DNA from: Octopus vulgaris | Lineage: Eukaryota | Reading direction: 5' to 3' | DNA: 64,000 nucleotides | Assembly: GCA_951406725.2 (NCBI GenBank) | Contig: OX597823.1 | Location: 65,720,001-65,784,000, forward strand | Shown here: positions 12,876 through 28,962 of the stretch, piece after piece | Position numbering within the stretch: position 1 is the stretch's first letter | How the letters are laid out: each line of letters starts with the position of its first letter | The notes under the pieces: generated by a model | What the model saw: only the letters and a program-made list of their open reading frames with translations | What the model was told of the DNA's origin: nothing | The model's database searches: none | Made by a program: the position numbers and the translations under genes

Positions 12876-13565
12876 ATTTCTTTCACCTGTAGATGTAGCT
12901 TACATTTTGCATTATTTTGAAGGATATTTTTCATTTTGCGTTAATACAAACATGTAACTTATTTATTATTGAATATAATATAAATTATTTACGTGTTTTA
13001 AGTTACGAAACAATATGTCATGATATTAGAATTTTCTTATTCTTAAATAAGATGTGATCACACTATTTCTCTCTCGTTATGACTTTACACACAAACCCAC
13101 ACACACTCACAGACACAACACACACAAACATATATATATATATATAATTTTATTTTATTTATTAAGGAACTATAGTCCCTCATGGGATGCGAGCACTCTA
13201 GTTCTCCGGTTTACATCAGTGTTCAGTGCAAACTAAGTGTATTCGATTATCATAGAAACATACGGGTATTTAAAAAAACACTTTAAGAATGAGGAAAGGA
13301 AAGTGATAAAAAAATTGATGTGCAAACTTTATTTATTCAAAGATATTTGAATTCACTTTGAGAAATTCCTGTCTACAGCTTTTTCCACATTCAATCAGTT
13401 CAATTACAAAAATAAAATATTTTAATTCAAATTCTCATCTTTGAAACCAGTCAATTGGTTATTTCTTCAGGGAGAGTTTCCAAACCATGATTTTGAATAT
13501 GTTTCAATAAATAACACCTATAGGTCAATTTTTCGACTTTCTTTCTTTTTCCATTCATCTGGCTG

Positions 13566-13932
<367 letters not shown>

Positions 13933-13942
13933 TCTTTCTTTT

Positions 13943-14351
13943 TTTTTACTCTTTTTACTTGTTTCAGTCATTTGACTGCGGCCATGTTGGAGCAACGCCT
14001 TTAGTCGAGCAAATCGACCCCGGGACTTATTCTTTGTAAGCCCAGTACTTATTCTATCTGTCTCTTTTGCCGAACCGCTAAGTTACGGGGACGTAAACAC
14101 ACCAGCATCGGTTGTCAAGCAATGCTAGGGGAACAAACACAGACACACAAACATATTCACACACACTTATATATATATACATATATACGACAGGCTTCTT
14201 TCAGTTTCCGTCTACCAAATCCACTCACAAGGCATTGGTCGGCCCGGGGCTATAGCAGAAGACACGTGCCCAAGATGCCACGCAGTGGGACTGAACCCGG
14301 AACCATGTGGTTGATTAGCAAGCTACTTACCAAACAGCCACTCCTGCGCCT
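13943..14351 (-). mobile_element. SINE family A, full length
   Basis: Complete head to tail, near-identical to 49492-49904. Confidence 0.92.
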
Positions 14352-15013
14352 ATATATATATATAGGTATATATATACATATAAATATGTATATATACTTC
14401 ATATTGTTTCCTCATGAAAAGGACTCCAAACATTTTTCGTATTAGGTTGGATGATGTGCAATGCAATTTCTGAGTAATGCGATATTGTAACTAAGGCTCA
14501 GTGATGATTGTAGTTTTGTCAATGTTGCCGATCACTATTTTCGATAACCACTTTCTTCTTAACTTAGATCTCCCCTCTCAATTCATATTTTTCCCTCCAC
14601 CTCATTCTCGACTACGCCCACATTTCCTCCTTATTCCATTCCCTTCTCTCTACTACCTTCCTCACACTGTTTCGATTTACTACCACTTCCTATTAACGCA
14701 TGAAAATTATGTGCACCTGGGTCCCTTCTCAGTTGCAGCAGGCTTTTCTAACTCTGCTGTCTCATTTTTATATGTCTCTTATCGATTTAGTTTTTGAAGA
14801 AATACTCTGTCCGAAGCGATAGATTTCCCACTCCTCTGCGCCAAGTTCATTATACTCGGTTTGCCGTTTCTATTACATAAAACAAGTCTTACCGACGTAT
14901 GTCAATACCATTCAGTTTCAAGTCTGTGTGTATGCGTATGCTTGTGCGCGCGTTAATGCATATAAGGGGATTCCTTATGTGTTTAGATATACACTATATC
15001 GTATGACTATATC

Positions 15014-15063
<50 letters not shown>

Positions 15064-15142
15064 GTGTGTGTGTGTGCCTATGTATGTGCATGCCTGTGAG
15101 GGTATTGTGTGTGTGGAAAACATTATTTGAAATCACAGGTTA

Positions 15143-15373
15143 AGGCGGCGAGCTGGCAGAACCGTTAGCAACGCCGGGCGAAATGCGTAGCCGTATTTCG
15201 TAGGCCGTTACGTTCTGAGTTCAAAATTCCGCCGAGGTCGACTTAGCCTTTCATCCTTTCGGGATCGATAAATTAAGTACCAGTTACGCACTGGGGTCGA
15301 TGTAATTGACTTAATCCGTTTGTCTGTACTTGTTTGTCCCCTCTGTGTTTAGCCCCTTGTGAGTAATAAAGAA
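15143..15373 (+). mobile_element. tRNA-derived SINE family B
   Basis: GGCGGCGAGCTGGCAGAA head, GAGTTCAAA B-box-like motif, central GAGGTCGACT..GCCTTTCATCCTTTCGGG..GATAAA..AGTACC domain; copies at 26637 and 48686. Confidence 0.9.
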
Positions 15374-15679
15374 ACAAATGCATATAAGTCTGTAAGTATA
15401 TATATATATATATATATATATAATCATATCAAAGGGAAATGAAATTTAATTAAAATTAAAAACATTTAATCAAAATTTATATTTCCAGTGGTCTAACGTG
15501 TAAAACAAATTTAGTCAAAAAGACTATATATTAGCCATACGATATAGAGTATATTTAAACACATAGATTATCCGTAATTTTTGTGGTTACAGAACCTAGC
15601 CGTTCTTTCTAGCGTGTAGAATCCTTATAAGTGGCTTGCTTATGTGTTTAAATATACACTATATCGTATGACTATATCG

Positions 15680-15712
<33 letters not shown>

Positions 15713-16231
15713 ATATAAACGTGTGTGTGTGCCTATGTCTGTGCATGCCTGTGAGGGTATTGTGTGTGTGGAAAACATTATTTGAAATCACAGGTTAATT
15801 ATTGCAAGTAAATGAATGTACGAATTATGTTTCAGTTCAAGGACGATATTCAAACGCCATTATCTATATAGGATACAATTGAAACGAAATAAGCAAACAT
15901 TACACGATTCTCTCCAGAAGGGACACATCGCAGATTATTGAGAGGGGGCACAGAATTTCTGTAAATATGACGTGATGTTTATAATTTGAAAGCCCCTGCG
16001 CATAGGTCAGATTAATCAAGGATGACCTGGAGTTAAACATTGACATTAGCTATAACGGTTTATTGGAAATTGTCAATAATCTGATCACAGGCAATTTTCA
16101 ATGAATGCAAAACAAACAAATATGCTTCAATATACTGCTTTTAACTCAAGTGTCTACCTAACGTTTGGAATAATGATCGTAGGGCAAATAAATCATAATA
16201 TTGATATCATATATTCTTTCTTTCATCATTT

Positions 16232-16360
<129 letters not shown>

Positions 16361-18133
16361 TTTTTTTCCCCTTCTCCTTTTCCTCCCTCCAGTTTGAACT
16401 AGTCTAAATGTAAGAGATGTTAGTTTTGCTAACCAATTCGGTTATTGTATCTCGTTTCTTATCTATGACCACATAGTAACTTCACTAAATCTGATATTAC
16501 ATTGGAAAATTTCAGAAACGTCTCCCGTCAAAGACCAATATAAAACAAAGCCGTATAATGTGTATGCATGTGTGTATATGCATGCAAGTATGCATATATG
16601 GATGTCTAGAGACGTGAATGAGTATATGATATTGTGTAAAAGGACATGTTATCATATCGTGATTACCACTCGGTATTAGTAGTCTCTCCGCAATATATAA
16701 TAATATGAAATCAGAGTTGTATATAACAATATTGATATATTCTCATATCTAAAGCTCATTCTCAACTCTCACCAAATTAATTTATCCTTATTTCTACTTG
16801 ATTATCACTGCCTGTCAATAATCGAAAAATCCGAAAGCCTGAGATAGTCCTTTTGCATTAACATTGCTTTGTCAAATATTATGCTTCTTTATTCATATTG
16901 TTTTGAATTAATCATGCATTATATTCTAGCTTAATAGGACGTGTTTGGTCTTCCACAAAAATAAGATTTTGCAGAGAATTAAAATATTTGAGCCAGATAT
17001 AATCATTATATTTTAAACATATGATTGAAGGATACTTTGATAGAAATATGAGTTGGTCACTATATTGTTATTTACTAGAAAACATATATGATGATGAGCA
17101 ATGTTTCCATATAATTTCATATTATATAATTCTTGATTTTGTTAATAGTCAGTTATCTGTTTAACCGGAAAGAAATAATACAGTTATTAATAAGAAAATC
17201 AAAAAATAATGCATACTGGACTTCATAGTTGTAGCCTCACTCCTTCATAGACATCCTATAAACATTTAACCCACCCTCGTATTTCTTCGAATTAGTTAAT
17301 TTTCATAAATGTGCAATTTAATGGAAACTAGATCACCTACACTGAGGGGTAATAGTTTAGAATAATCTGGAATTTCATTCATTCCTTTTTTCATTTGCAG
17401 AACACCAGGTGAGAGAGTTTGTAAATCATTATTCATTTAAACGGTGAGGTGAACTTCAGAAAGCTGAGAACCACAGCGCTCATATAGCGAAATCGAGCAA
17501 AAACACTGTTTCAATCAATTTGTGATTCATGGAAATACATCTCATTTCCAGTGTTTTGATAGTTTATCATTTACTTAAGACACCAAAATAATTTTTCAGA
17601 TTCATTTCTACTTGATATGGTTCGTACAACTTGATAACATTGCAACATAGAGTGAAATCTAATGAACAGCTTGGAAGATATCCAAATAGATGAACAAAAG
17701 CAATTCATCATTAATCACTGTCTAGTCTACTCTAGTATGATGCTGATAGAATAGAATGTAGGACTATATTGTTAGCATTTTATTATAACCAACTTGCTCA
17801 AAGAAAAATCTGAACAAGGCGATATGAAGAACTCATCAGATTGTAGACACATTTCTTGTAGCTATCATTGTAGGTTTTGTGTATTGATAAAATCAAGTAC
17901 GCTATTCCCAAATACAACCATTTTATATAGAGAAAGGCACAGAGGAAGCCATTTTCAATGCCGTGACATATTCACATGCTCTCATCTACGTTCTGATTTC
18001 AAATCATACCAGGCTTTGCTGTAAACTCTTTTGGGGTCGATATGTCGGTATTATGAAGTAGCAGTGAAATACTAGTTCAATGTAATCTATTAAGACCCCC
18101 TGCAACCACAGAATGCTGCACATCTTGTAATAT

Positions 18134-18247
<114 letters not shown>

Positions 18248-18827
18248 AAAGGGCAGCAGTTTGGGACAATCACAAGATCGTCGGAAAATACTTCAGAGTA
18301 TTACTTCTGGGTCCGGAAAATGAAGTACTATTCGAGTATTGCGATCGACGTAACCAACTACTAGCCTCTTTCCCATCGAGATTTTAAACGACATGGCTAT
18401 GTTGGTAAAAAATTGACATATTTGTTATTTCGGGGTCGGTGGCCAACTCACAGAATCGCTAGAGATTCACTCAAAATTCCTAGCAGTACTTACACTGAGT
18501 TCAAATTCCGCCCAGCAAAACATTAACTTTAATCCATTCAAAATCGACGATGAAATAATAGTCAGATACTCGACTAAACCTGTCACCTAGTCAACTGGTG
18601 GCATTTTGCCAAGAATCTAAAAGGGGCAGTGAGCTAGCAGAATTGTTGGCGTGTCGAACAAAACACCGAGCAGCATTTCTTTCGTCGTTAGGTTCTAAGC
18701 TCAAATGCCGCCAAGGTATCGATGAAATAAGTACCTGTTAATCACTGGGGCCCATGAGATATAATGTCACACCCTACCTCCGAATTTCAGATTTTGAACC
18801 AATAGTAATTATTATTATTATTATCAT

Positions 18828-20015
18828 TGAGAGAACAGTGCATGCCATCAAAGTAACACTGGAGTAAAAATACACGAAGTTCAATATACCCATCATGATT
18901 ACCCGTCTGTTAAGGGCGCACTAGGCACATGAATCACACCGATATGTGCACAACATGGTGATCTGATATAAAGATAAATAGAGCATGACCTTACAGGTGG
19001 GGCCTAGTTACACTTTTCTTCAGATTGAGTAGACCATCCTGCTCAAAAGATCCATAAATAAGGGTTGTTTAAGGATCTTGAAAAAACAATAATGTTTCAG
19101 AGGTAAATTATCCCAACCCCAATGAATTCCTCTTAACACATGGCTATGATGCTCCCCCATTACTTCTGCTGGTGATCATCAGCAGCTAATAGACATTCTT
19201 ATCTGGTTAAGATCAAGCAACTGACAAGAAAATATGTGTTACTGAGTAAAATATTTGCTGTAGCTCACCTTTTATATCAAGACAAAATATATACATGATA
19301 ACACTTCCAGCAAGTTGAGAACAGAAACCATGAGAGCCAGTGCCTGGTTGAAGATCAGGACATTCATTAATATTTTTATTGAATTAGAGAGAAGTGCACA
19401 CCATCAAAAAGATACTGGGATAAAATGTACGAAGCCCAGTATACCCATCATGACTACTATCTGATAAAGGTACACTAGGCACATGCATCTCGACCATATG
19501 TGCACGACAAGTAGATATACCAAGATAAGCAGTTAGAATTATCTTCAGGCTGAGTGGCCCATCTCGCTCAAATGGTCCCTGGAAAAGGGTTGTTTAAGGA
19601 TGTTGAATGAAACACCCATTTTTACAGAGGTGAATTATCCAAACCCCAAAGAATTCCTCTCAACACATGGCTATAATGCTCCCCCACTACTTCTACTCTT
19701 GATCAGAGTTACACATATCAGGCAGCAAGGGACACACTCAATTGGTTATGGTCAAACAACTTACAAACATATCTGTGGTACTGAGCAGAATATTTGCTGT
19801 AGACAATCTTTTATACCAAGACAAAACAATGTACATGATAACACTCAGAAGCCATGAGAGCCAGTGCTTGGTACTCTATCAGGGCATTAACAAATCTGTG
19901 GTTTTGAGCAGAATATTTCCTAGAGCCTATCTTTTGTACCAAAAAAAACCCAAAACCAATATACATGATAACACTTCCAGTCAGTTAAGTCACTGTCTGG
20001 TACTGCATCAAAGCA
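18828..20015 (-). mobile_element. Tandem diverged copies of ~550 bp (AAT)n-associated interspersed repeat family C
   Basis: About 18828-19365 and 19385-19890 plus partial 19890-20015 are reverse complements of 36361-36917. Confidence 0.85.
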
Positions 20016-20016
20016 C

Positions 20017-20200
<184 letters not shown>

Positions 20201-20780
20201 GTTACTCTTCTTCTTGTTCTTCTTAATTCAGGCTTTGGTGGAGCCCCTGGAGTTTTGCGTGCATAGCGGATTTGCTACCTGCATCCTACAGCACCATCCT
20301 ATCTGTTCTTTTTCAACTCTCCAAAAATTTCCTGGGTATTGTAGGCGTACCAAGGAGGTGAACCTTTTGCAACGGTTCTAATGGGCACACTATTCTGATT
20401 TCCTTTATATTCTTCTAGATGCATTCTGATTCTATCTCCAATGACCCAACAATAGCCTTCACCTTCATCATCATTTTCCATGGCCGAGCTATTTAGTACT
20501 TAAGATTGTATTTATTAATTTTTTTCGCCTTCCTTGTTGACTATTTGTAGGTCAAATGGGTAGGTAACATTAACTATATAGCACATGCGGTGCTTCTTGT
20601 CCATCGTCACTAGGTCCGGTCTGTTATTTTCTAGTTCCTGATCTATTTGGATTGGGAAATCCCACATGTTTTTGCAGATCTCCAACTCAGCCACTCTCTG
20701 CCGTGTGTTGAAGTTGAAGTTCAAGTTACACGTTTGCCTTTGATCTTCCTGATTCGTCTACAATGGACCCCCATTGCAAC
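20201..20780 (-). mobile_element. R4/Dong-like LINE 3' fragment (restriction-like endonuclease), decayed
   Basis: MWDFPIQID..NNRPDLVTMDKK..CYIVNVTYPFD..KEGEK is the RLE PD-(D/E)xK region; ends in (AAT)n. Confidence 0.8.
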
Positions 20781-21432
20781 AATAATCTGGCTCTGTGCCT
20801 ATGTTAGAAACAATAATTTTTATTTCTTCCTGGAAGATTAGAAAAAAACAAGAAAAGTATTGGAAGTTGCACAACAACAATAAATCCTTACGGTGGTGAT
20901 GAAAAAATCAAAGAACTGCAGTCCGTTCATCCCAGCTAGCAACAAGAAAACAAGATTAAAATCATAAACAAGAGGGGAAGCTAAACGAATTACCGGTGAA
21001 AATAAAAACAACTTCATGAAAAGCCAAATGAAGATCAACAATAGAGAACCGGATAAAGATTTCAAATTTTGGCACAAGGCCAGAAATTTAAAAGGGGTTA
21101 AGTCAATTGAATCGAACCCATTGCTCAACTGGTACTTACTTTATCAACCCTGAGAGGGTAAAAAGGAAAGTCGACCTCGGCGAAATTTTAACTGCGAACG
21201 TGAAGATTAAGAATATTGCCGTGAAGCATTTCCCCTGCATGCAAATGATTCTGCCAGCTCAACGCCTGAAGGCAAAACTGATAATGAGACATCTACTCCT
21301 CAAAATACTTTTGGTAATAAAAGAAACGTAAATTTGTTAATTTTGTTTTCGACACGTAGGACTAAGGTCGATTACCTGGAGGGGTTGAAGGTTGAGGAAA
21401 GGGGGTCAAGTCGATTAAATTGAATTCGATAA

Positions 21433-21616
<184 letters not shown>

Positions 21617-24600
21617 TCTTATTATTATCGTCCACATCCTTCTTCTACTTTTCTCTCTTGGAATCCCAATTTTAAGACTTTCTAGCATATATATTTTAGT
21701 ATTGTTACCATTCTTAACTATTCACTTGCATTTCTTATAGTATCTCTTTATCACCTATAATATTAGAACGAAAACACTTTTTTCAAATACACTACATCAA
21801 TTTTTAATATCTATTTCAGCAAAGTACTGAATATTCTATTTAGAGAGCAACATATAGCCGATATTAAGGTATCGCGTTTAATTTGTCGTAATACATCACA
21901 CACACACAGATACTCACAGAAACACACTCTTTCTCTCTCACACACACAAAGACACGCACACAGTATTATTGTCTCCAATGTTTTAGCAAAATAATCTGAT
22001 TTCCCAATTCATAGGTAACTCGCAATCATATTGACTAGCATTGCGCCCTCTACATATATCTGGTGTCCTTCATATTTGTTTCAAATATTTTAAAACACAC
22101 ACACGCACACACACACAACACACACACACATTCGTATATGTGTGTATGTATGTAGGTATACGTGTGTGTATGTATGTAGGTATACGTGTGTGTGTGTGTG
22201 CGCGAGTGTTTGTATATATATATATATATGTATGTGTGCCACATTCTTTACCTGCAAACCAAGACAGGCAAATATTGTATCGGAAATTATTAGTATTTTT
22301 ATGAATAATGTAAAAAAAAAGTAAAACGAGAAGTAGATTATTCATTGATTTTCTTTAAATAATCTTGCTAACAATTTTGCTGGTATTTTCACAAAGAACT
22401 GCCTAGAGGAAGCCAATTTTAACTTTAATAGAAAGTAACCGCTTTCGTTCATAGACGAAAGTGTATAAATCAAAGAAAATTACGAGTAAATAAGTATAAA
22501 CTGAAAATTGTAAATCAATGGGCAGGATAAGTTGAGATATATTCAAAAGTAGATGGTGGGGAATTATCAATTTGACAGCAACATATTGACAAACAAAACG
22601 CATTGTAGGAAATATCAGACCAATTCATTGTCTCTTCCACATACCGAGGCCGCTTCACCTGTGGAGTGATCTATCTATGTTATTGTGGTTTCGATAACAA
22701 AAAATCCTGGTCGATATACTAGTGAATTTCATTGTTTCCATTCACCGTCACTAGTTCAGAGAGACGTGTATCTAGCAGCGATGTGTACTAGCGTTACTTG
22801 TTATCCTCGATCTTCACCTTATAATTCAGCGAGCAGATTGAAGTCTCCTAGGTATATGTAGAATTGAACTAAAATTCGTTTTGAAGTACAAATGCCACTG
22901 ACGTTATGTATATATATATGGAGACTACTATAAAATAAAATATAATTTGCCGAAGGCGAAGAAAATAGTATCGAAGAATTTACACATTTCCAACGATTAT
23001 AATACTATAAAATAAATGTGTTAAGAAGAAATCGATCAGTTATGGTTTCCTTCTCGCACTAGCTGAAAGAAATTGGTATAAACCCTAATTAGTAGAAGTA
23101 AAAGAAAAGACAAATTGTAGACGGCGTGTGTAAATGAGGCTGTAAGATTGAAAATAAAATTAATTTAGGTACATTCAAGCTAGAAGACCTTAAAGGTAAA
23201 GATGTTTGCAATTCTACTTAAGTAGTCAAATAGAGTGTAAGGATTCGAACCGTAACCAAAAGAATCATGATCGAGTCATCACAGGCTCACGTGATAGATC
23301 TATAATCGACAATATAACATATATATAAATAGATAAAAATAAATAAATAAAATATATATAAATAAATAAAAATTATATATACATAAATAAATAGAAGTAA
23401 GGTCTTGGTTATCGTTACTATCGACCTGAATGTTCAGTTGTTTGTCACATCTTTTGTTTTTCTTTATTTAAGCTAGAAAGTGCGTTTTCTTAACATGGAG
23501 TGTATTCACACATCAGAAAAATGTTAGAAGAATCTTGGAGCTAGTGCCTTAATTTAACAGTTTTCGATTGGTGTTGATATATGCAACTTTCCTTTCTTTT
23601 TTAAAACACGAATCAGCAAATAATTTCTCATATCTGATCCTCGCGTCGAGTTGGATACAAATCAAACCAGTTTGGACGTTGAGAGAGACGTATTAGAAAA
23701 TTATCTTCAATCCATTCCGCTTCAACAATTAAATAAAATTTAACTGTAGCAGTTTTGTAAATTCTTTCAATAAAGAATAGTTTTCTTTTATTTTATTTAT
23801 AATTTTTTTTGGTTCAAACTGCCATGGTATGAATGAGATTTACGATGGTTGGGTTTATGTGAACGAACCAAATTACCTCAAAATATTTTTTTCAACAATC
23901 TGTCATAGTATTTCAGAAAGACACATTCATAGAGTAAAAATATATAACAATTCATTATTGGCGTTGAGACTGCTCCGTTTAGGTAGCAAAGGGAGCATTA
24001 CTGTTGATTTTTACCAATGCAGAAAACTTAGTTTCAAATATATCATACTTCCAATCTGATGGCTAAAGTCGAAACATCTAACAGCATCGATAAGAAAATA
24101 TGGCAAAACTTTGTACTAGAATCTGCTACAATTTTTGCAGGAAAATATGTGTAAATTAAACACCAAAGTTTAATGGCATTTTGCGAATCAAATGCAGGTA
24201 TAAAACAAACTTAGAATAAGTTATTTTTCACAGCAGATGTCAGTTAATTCAACCAATATTTCTCTTTGTAATTAACAGAGTATTCTTCATCGATATAACA
24301 AAAGTGAAAAGCGCGCATCCTGCGAAACAGCAACTGATAACGTATGCTCTGCGTGTAGTTAACCTGGTAAAACATCATTTCAGCTTAAAAGCATTGGATA
24401 TGCACATCAACGGCTCAGTATGAACTGAGGGTGGCCACATCGATTATATTAGGATTGTACATAAATATCATTTACTGTGTGTGTAGTGTGTTTCGACTAT
24501 ATCTGGGAAGGCGGTAAATATCAATACATGACGCTTGATAGAAGAATCTTCATTCACATTCGTTAGGTTTCAAAAAATTGCCCAAAAATATTATACAATA

Positions 24601-26636
24601 TGTTTTGATTGGTTGCGTTCAGGTAGTGAACGATCTTTCAATCACTAATTTCAAACAATTTGTGATGCATGGTGGTTGTATGCTTACAATATCTAGACGT
24701 ATAAAGATCTTACTTTGGACGTGTTTTGATGCCCTCAGGCTTAATGAAGAGTTCAGGGATATTTTAAGCAAACAGAAAATTATCTTTCTGCTAGCTCCGT
24801 TCTCAAAGTTTAGACAGATGCTGGAAAACTTGTCAGATACGTTCATCCATTGAATGAACTAATTATTTCACTTCATGTAACTATTGCTTGTGAGAAGCTA
24901 GCCTCCTTCAACAAGTAAAAATCAGAGAAAATAAATTTGGAGATTTTCAACGTGCTCGGATGCAGGCGCAATCACATATGAAATATACCATCATAAACTG
25001 ATCTAGAAATATCATTTTCTTGAAGATTCCTTTTTTATTTGGAGGTTTTGACGCCCGTATCTGCTGAATTAAAGAATTCTTTGCGGTTCGAAATTAGGGA
25101 TATACCTAATGAAGAGTTTTCAGGAGAAAACCTCATGACCATTCAAAATAATTGGCATCAGAAATATATGTTGATCGAAAATTCCTACCACAATTTTAGG
25201 AGAATCACAGATTCAAACATTTACAGATTTAGTAAATAAAGCCTTTCGTTTGTGTTCGACTACACAACGTTGGTAACTAGAATTTTGCTCCTAATTTCAG
25301 TAACATTTCAGACATTCAATATGATATGGAGATTGTTCTTAATACCAACATAACTCACATTTCAGTGTTAGTTGAATTAATGCTATCTATTTATCAAATA
25401 TTTCATTATTAGTAATACCATAATACTGAGAGTTGTAATCTTGACACTGGTTAACATTGTTACAGGTAATTTTACTTGAAACTTTGTAATATTTAATTTA
25501 CCAGTTTGAAATGTTAATTTTCTTTATTATTATATTAACCTTCGAATCAGGGTATGGAAGAAGGATTTGAACCTCTAGATCATATGTAAATTCTGAAAAT
25601 CTTTAAGAAACGCTGTATTTGATGTCTACTGAATTTTAATATTAGGAAAGGAAATCAACCTAACAACTGTTAAATATAGTTTTATTCTCATGCGTAACTG
25701 CGGTAGGAAATATTATATTTACTATGATCGCGACACATCTACTTCTTAATAATGAAAAAAAAAACCGACAAACAGTATGTAAACTAAAACCTGCTATAGA
25801 TAAAGAAGGAAAAGACGAATATTTTAAAAACACTGTTTATTTTCGCCAAAACGAAAACTAAGATAAGATAAATATTAAATTATCGTAGTCAGACTAAAGA
25901 AAGATTTTGGAAAGGAAGTGGAAGCTAGATCCATCAGATACAACTGTGTTTAGCACAGAAATATATATATATTTTTTTTAGTTTCTGCCTGAAGCATAGA
26001 CAAGATTAATGTAGAATACTTTGACGTCTACAATAAGAACACGGAGGAAAACAGAAATGTAAATATAGAAATCAAAGGTAAGTAAACAGTATGATAAGAC
26101 AATAAAAAAGTTCACTACAGACGGTAGAAAATGGCAAGACTTTATTAGAAATATATTAGAAATATTTTCAAGAAAGTACAATATTGCTTCTGGCTGCTGC
26201 AACAGTGACAATGTGGCAGAGTAAGTGACAAATTACTCACCTACAATAAGCAATAACATTAAAATTCAAATATATTAACCCTAAAAAATCAAGAATTACT
26301 GATACCTGTAAAGTAAATGAAAAGAAATAATTGCATCATCATTAACTTGACTGTTGAAATAAAAGAAACAACACCACAAGTGCATGATAACCTTAAAAGA
26401 CATTTCATCATTAACATAAATGTGACAATAAAATTTATATCAGGTGTTTGGAATAATGTGTTAGACTTACGCTAAAACGCAATAATTAAAATGAAAAACA
26501 TAGCAGCCACAAAACATACCAGCAATGATATGATGAGGAGTTTCAAGTTAAAGAACGTAAATAACATTTGAAGTGGTTCTGTCATTTTCTTATTTTTAGT
26601 ACATTCCAAATAAAACTGATATATGTTTTAATAGAA

Positions 26637-27224
26637 GGCGGCGAGCTGGCAGAAACGTTAGCACACCGGGCGAAATGCGTAGCCGTATTTCGTCTGCCGT
26701 TACGTTCTGAGTTGAAATTCCGCCGAGGTCGACTATGCCTTTCATCCTTTCCGGGTCGATAAATTAAGTATCAGTTACGCACTGGGGTCGATGTAATCGA
26801 CTTAATCTGTTTGTCTGTCCTTGTTTGTCCTCTCTGTGTTTAGCTCCTTGTGGGTAGTAAAGAAATAGGTATTTCGTCCGCCGCTACGTTGTGAGTTCAA
26901 ATTCCGCCGAGGTTGACTTTGCCTTTCATCCTTTCGGGGTCGATAAATTAAGTATCAGTTACGCACTGGGGTCGATGTAATCGACTTAATCCGTTTGTCT
27001 GTCCGTGTTTGTCCTCTCTGTGTTTAGCTCCTTGAGGGTAGTAAAGAAATAGGTATTTCGTCCGTCGCTACATTGTGAGTTCAAATTCCGCCGAGGTTGA
27101 CTTTGCCTTTCATCCTTTCGGGGTCGATAAATTAAGTACCAGTTACGCACTGGGATCGATAATCCGTTTGTCTCTCCTTGTTTATCCCCTCTATGCTTAG
27201 CTCCTTGTGGGTAATAAAGAAACA
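26637..27224 (+). mobile_element. Trimeric SINE family B with 17 bp TSD
   Basis: One full unit plus two head-less ~183 bp repeats; GATATATGTTTTAATAG at 26618-26634 and 27225-27241. Confidence 0.9.
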
Positions 27225-27889
27225 GATATATGTTTTAATAGTTACGTATCTGCGTGATCGAGAATGCATTTAGACGATGGATGCTCTGTAAACTCTTTTG
27301 CTACTAAATTATTATTCTTTAGCATATGGTCTTCGTAAATATTTCTTGTTTTCCAGGACATTAAATGACGATGTCATTCTGTTTAAAATGTATTAAGTTC
27401 TACTGCGGATTTGAATTGTTATAGAAACACAAGCATTTGGTTACTCAGCGAATTTAAGAAATTTATCGGTACGCGTTAGATTGTATTCAACAACTTGTCA
27501 CTTGAAAAGCGTAGCTATATGAAATATGTACATACAGCACACCGCTCTATGTGGTAGAAATAATGTATAACTGGGCCGTGTTGTGTTAAGATTTAGTTAA
27601 TGCACGAAATTCAAAGAATTGAATTGGAAATTAATGCATCAACAAAATTTAATCCAAAAATATTAAGGTAGCATACGTGAATGTATTATTAAGCCATTCT
27701 ATACATAGCCATGATGTTTCTCATTCACTGGAACACATAAATGAATTCCTTCTACTAGAGTTGCTACAGTCTCATCGTTTACATATGTGTAAAATTAGGC
27801 ACAAGAAACTAATAAATCCCTCATAAGTATATGTATGTCTATGTGTGTATTTATGCACATGTGTGTGTATAAATGTATCTACAAGTGCT

Positions 27890-27923
<34 letters not shown>

Positions 27924-28088
27924 TGTGTACAAATGCTTCACAACATATTTTCTCTATTTCATCACTCCTCTAGTACAAACCTCTTAAAATATTCTAATGT
28001 GGTCACATCTCCAACACTTTCATTTAGTTTATCAACATTTTTCTTCGCACATTGACCCCAGTAATGTAATTTCATTATTTTGTCCAAG

Positions 28089-28660
<572 letters not shown>

Positions 28661-28724
28661 TCAATATATATATATATACAAATCAGTAAATGGTTGGGTT
28701 GTGTTAACCGCACGTGGAAAAATG

Positions 28725-28899
28725 ATAGGAGAGGAAAAATTATTAGGCAGAATGCTAAATTGAAAGTAAATTTTAATAAAAATGGGTGTATGGAAAATTT
28801 AAAAAATATTTTTTCTTTTTAAATTTTCCATACACTCATTTTTATTAAAATTTACTTTCAATTTAGCATTCTGCCTTATTATAATTTTTCCTCTCCTAT
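28725..28899. repeat. Near-perfect inverted repeat, ~80 bp arms, between (TA)n tracts
   Basis: ATAGGAGAGGAAAAATT..ATGGAAAATTTAAAA pairs with TTTTAAATTTTCCAT..AATTTTTCCTCTCCTAT. Confidence 0.9.
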
Positions 28900-28900
28900 A

Positions 28901-28958
<58 letters not shown>

Positions 28959-28962
<4 letters not shown>

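Noticed and set aside
17385-17415. TTTGCAG|AACACCAG|GTGAGA possible 8 nt microexon
   Set aside because: No supporting neighbouring exons; expected by chance in AT-rich DNA.
26637-27224. Regularly spaced repeats resembling a CRISPR-like array
   Set aside because: Whole ~183 bp units are repeated with no unique spacers; it is a SINE multimer in eukaryotic DNA.
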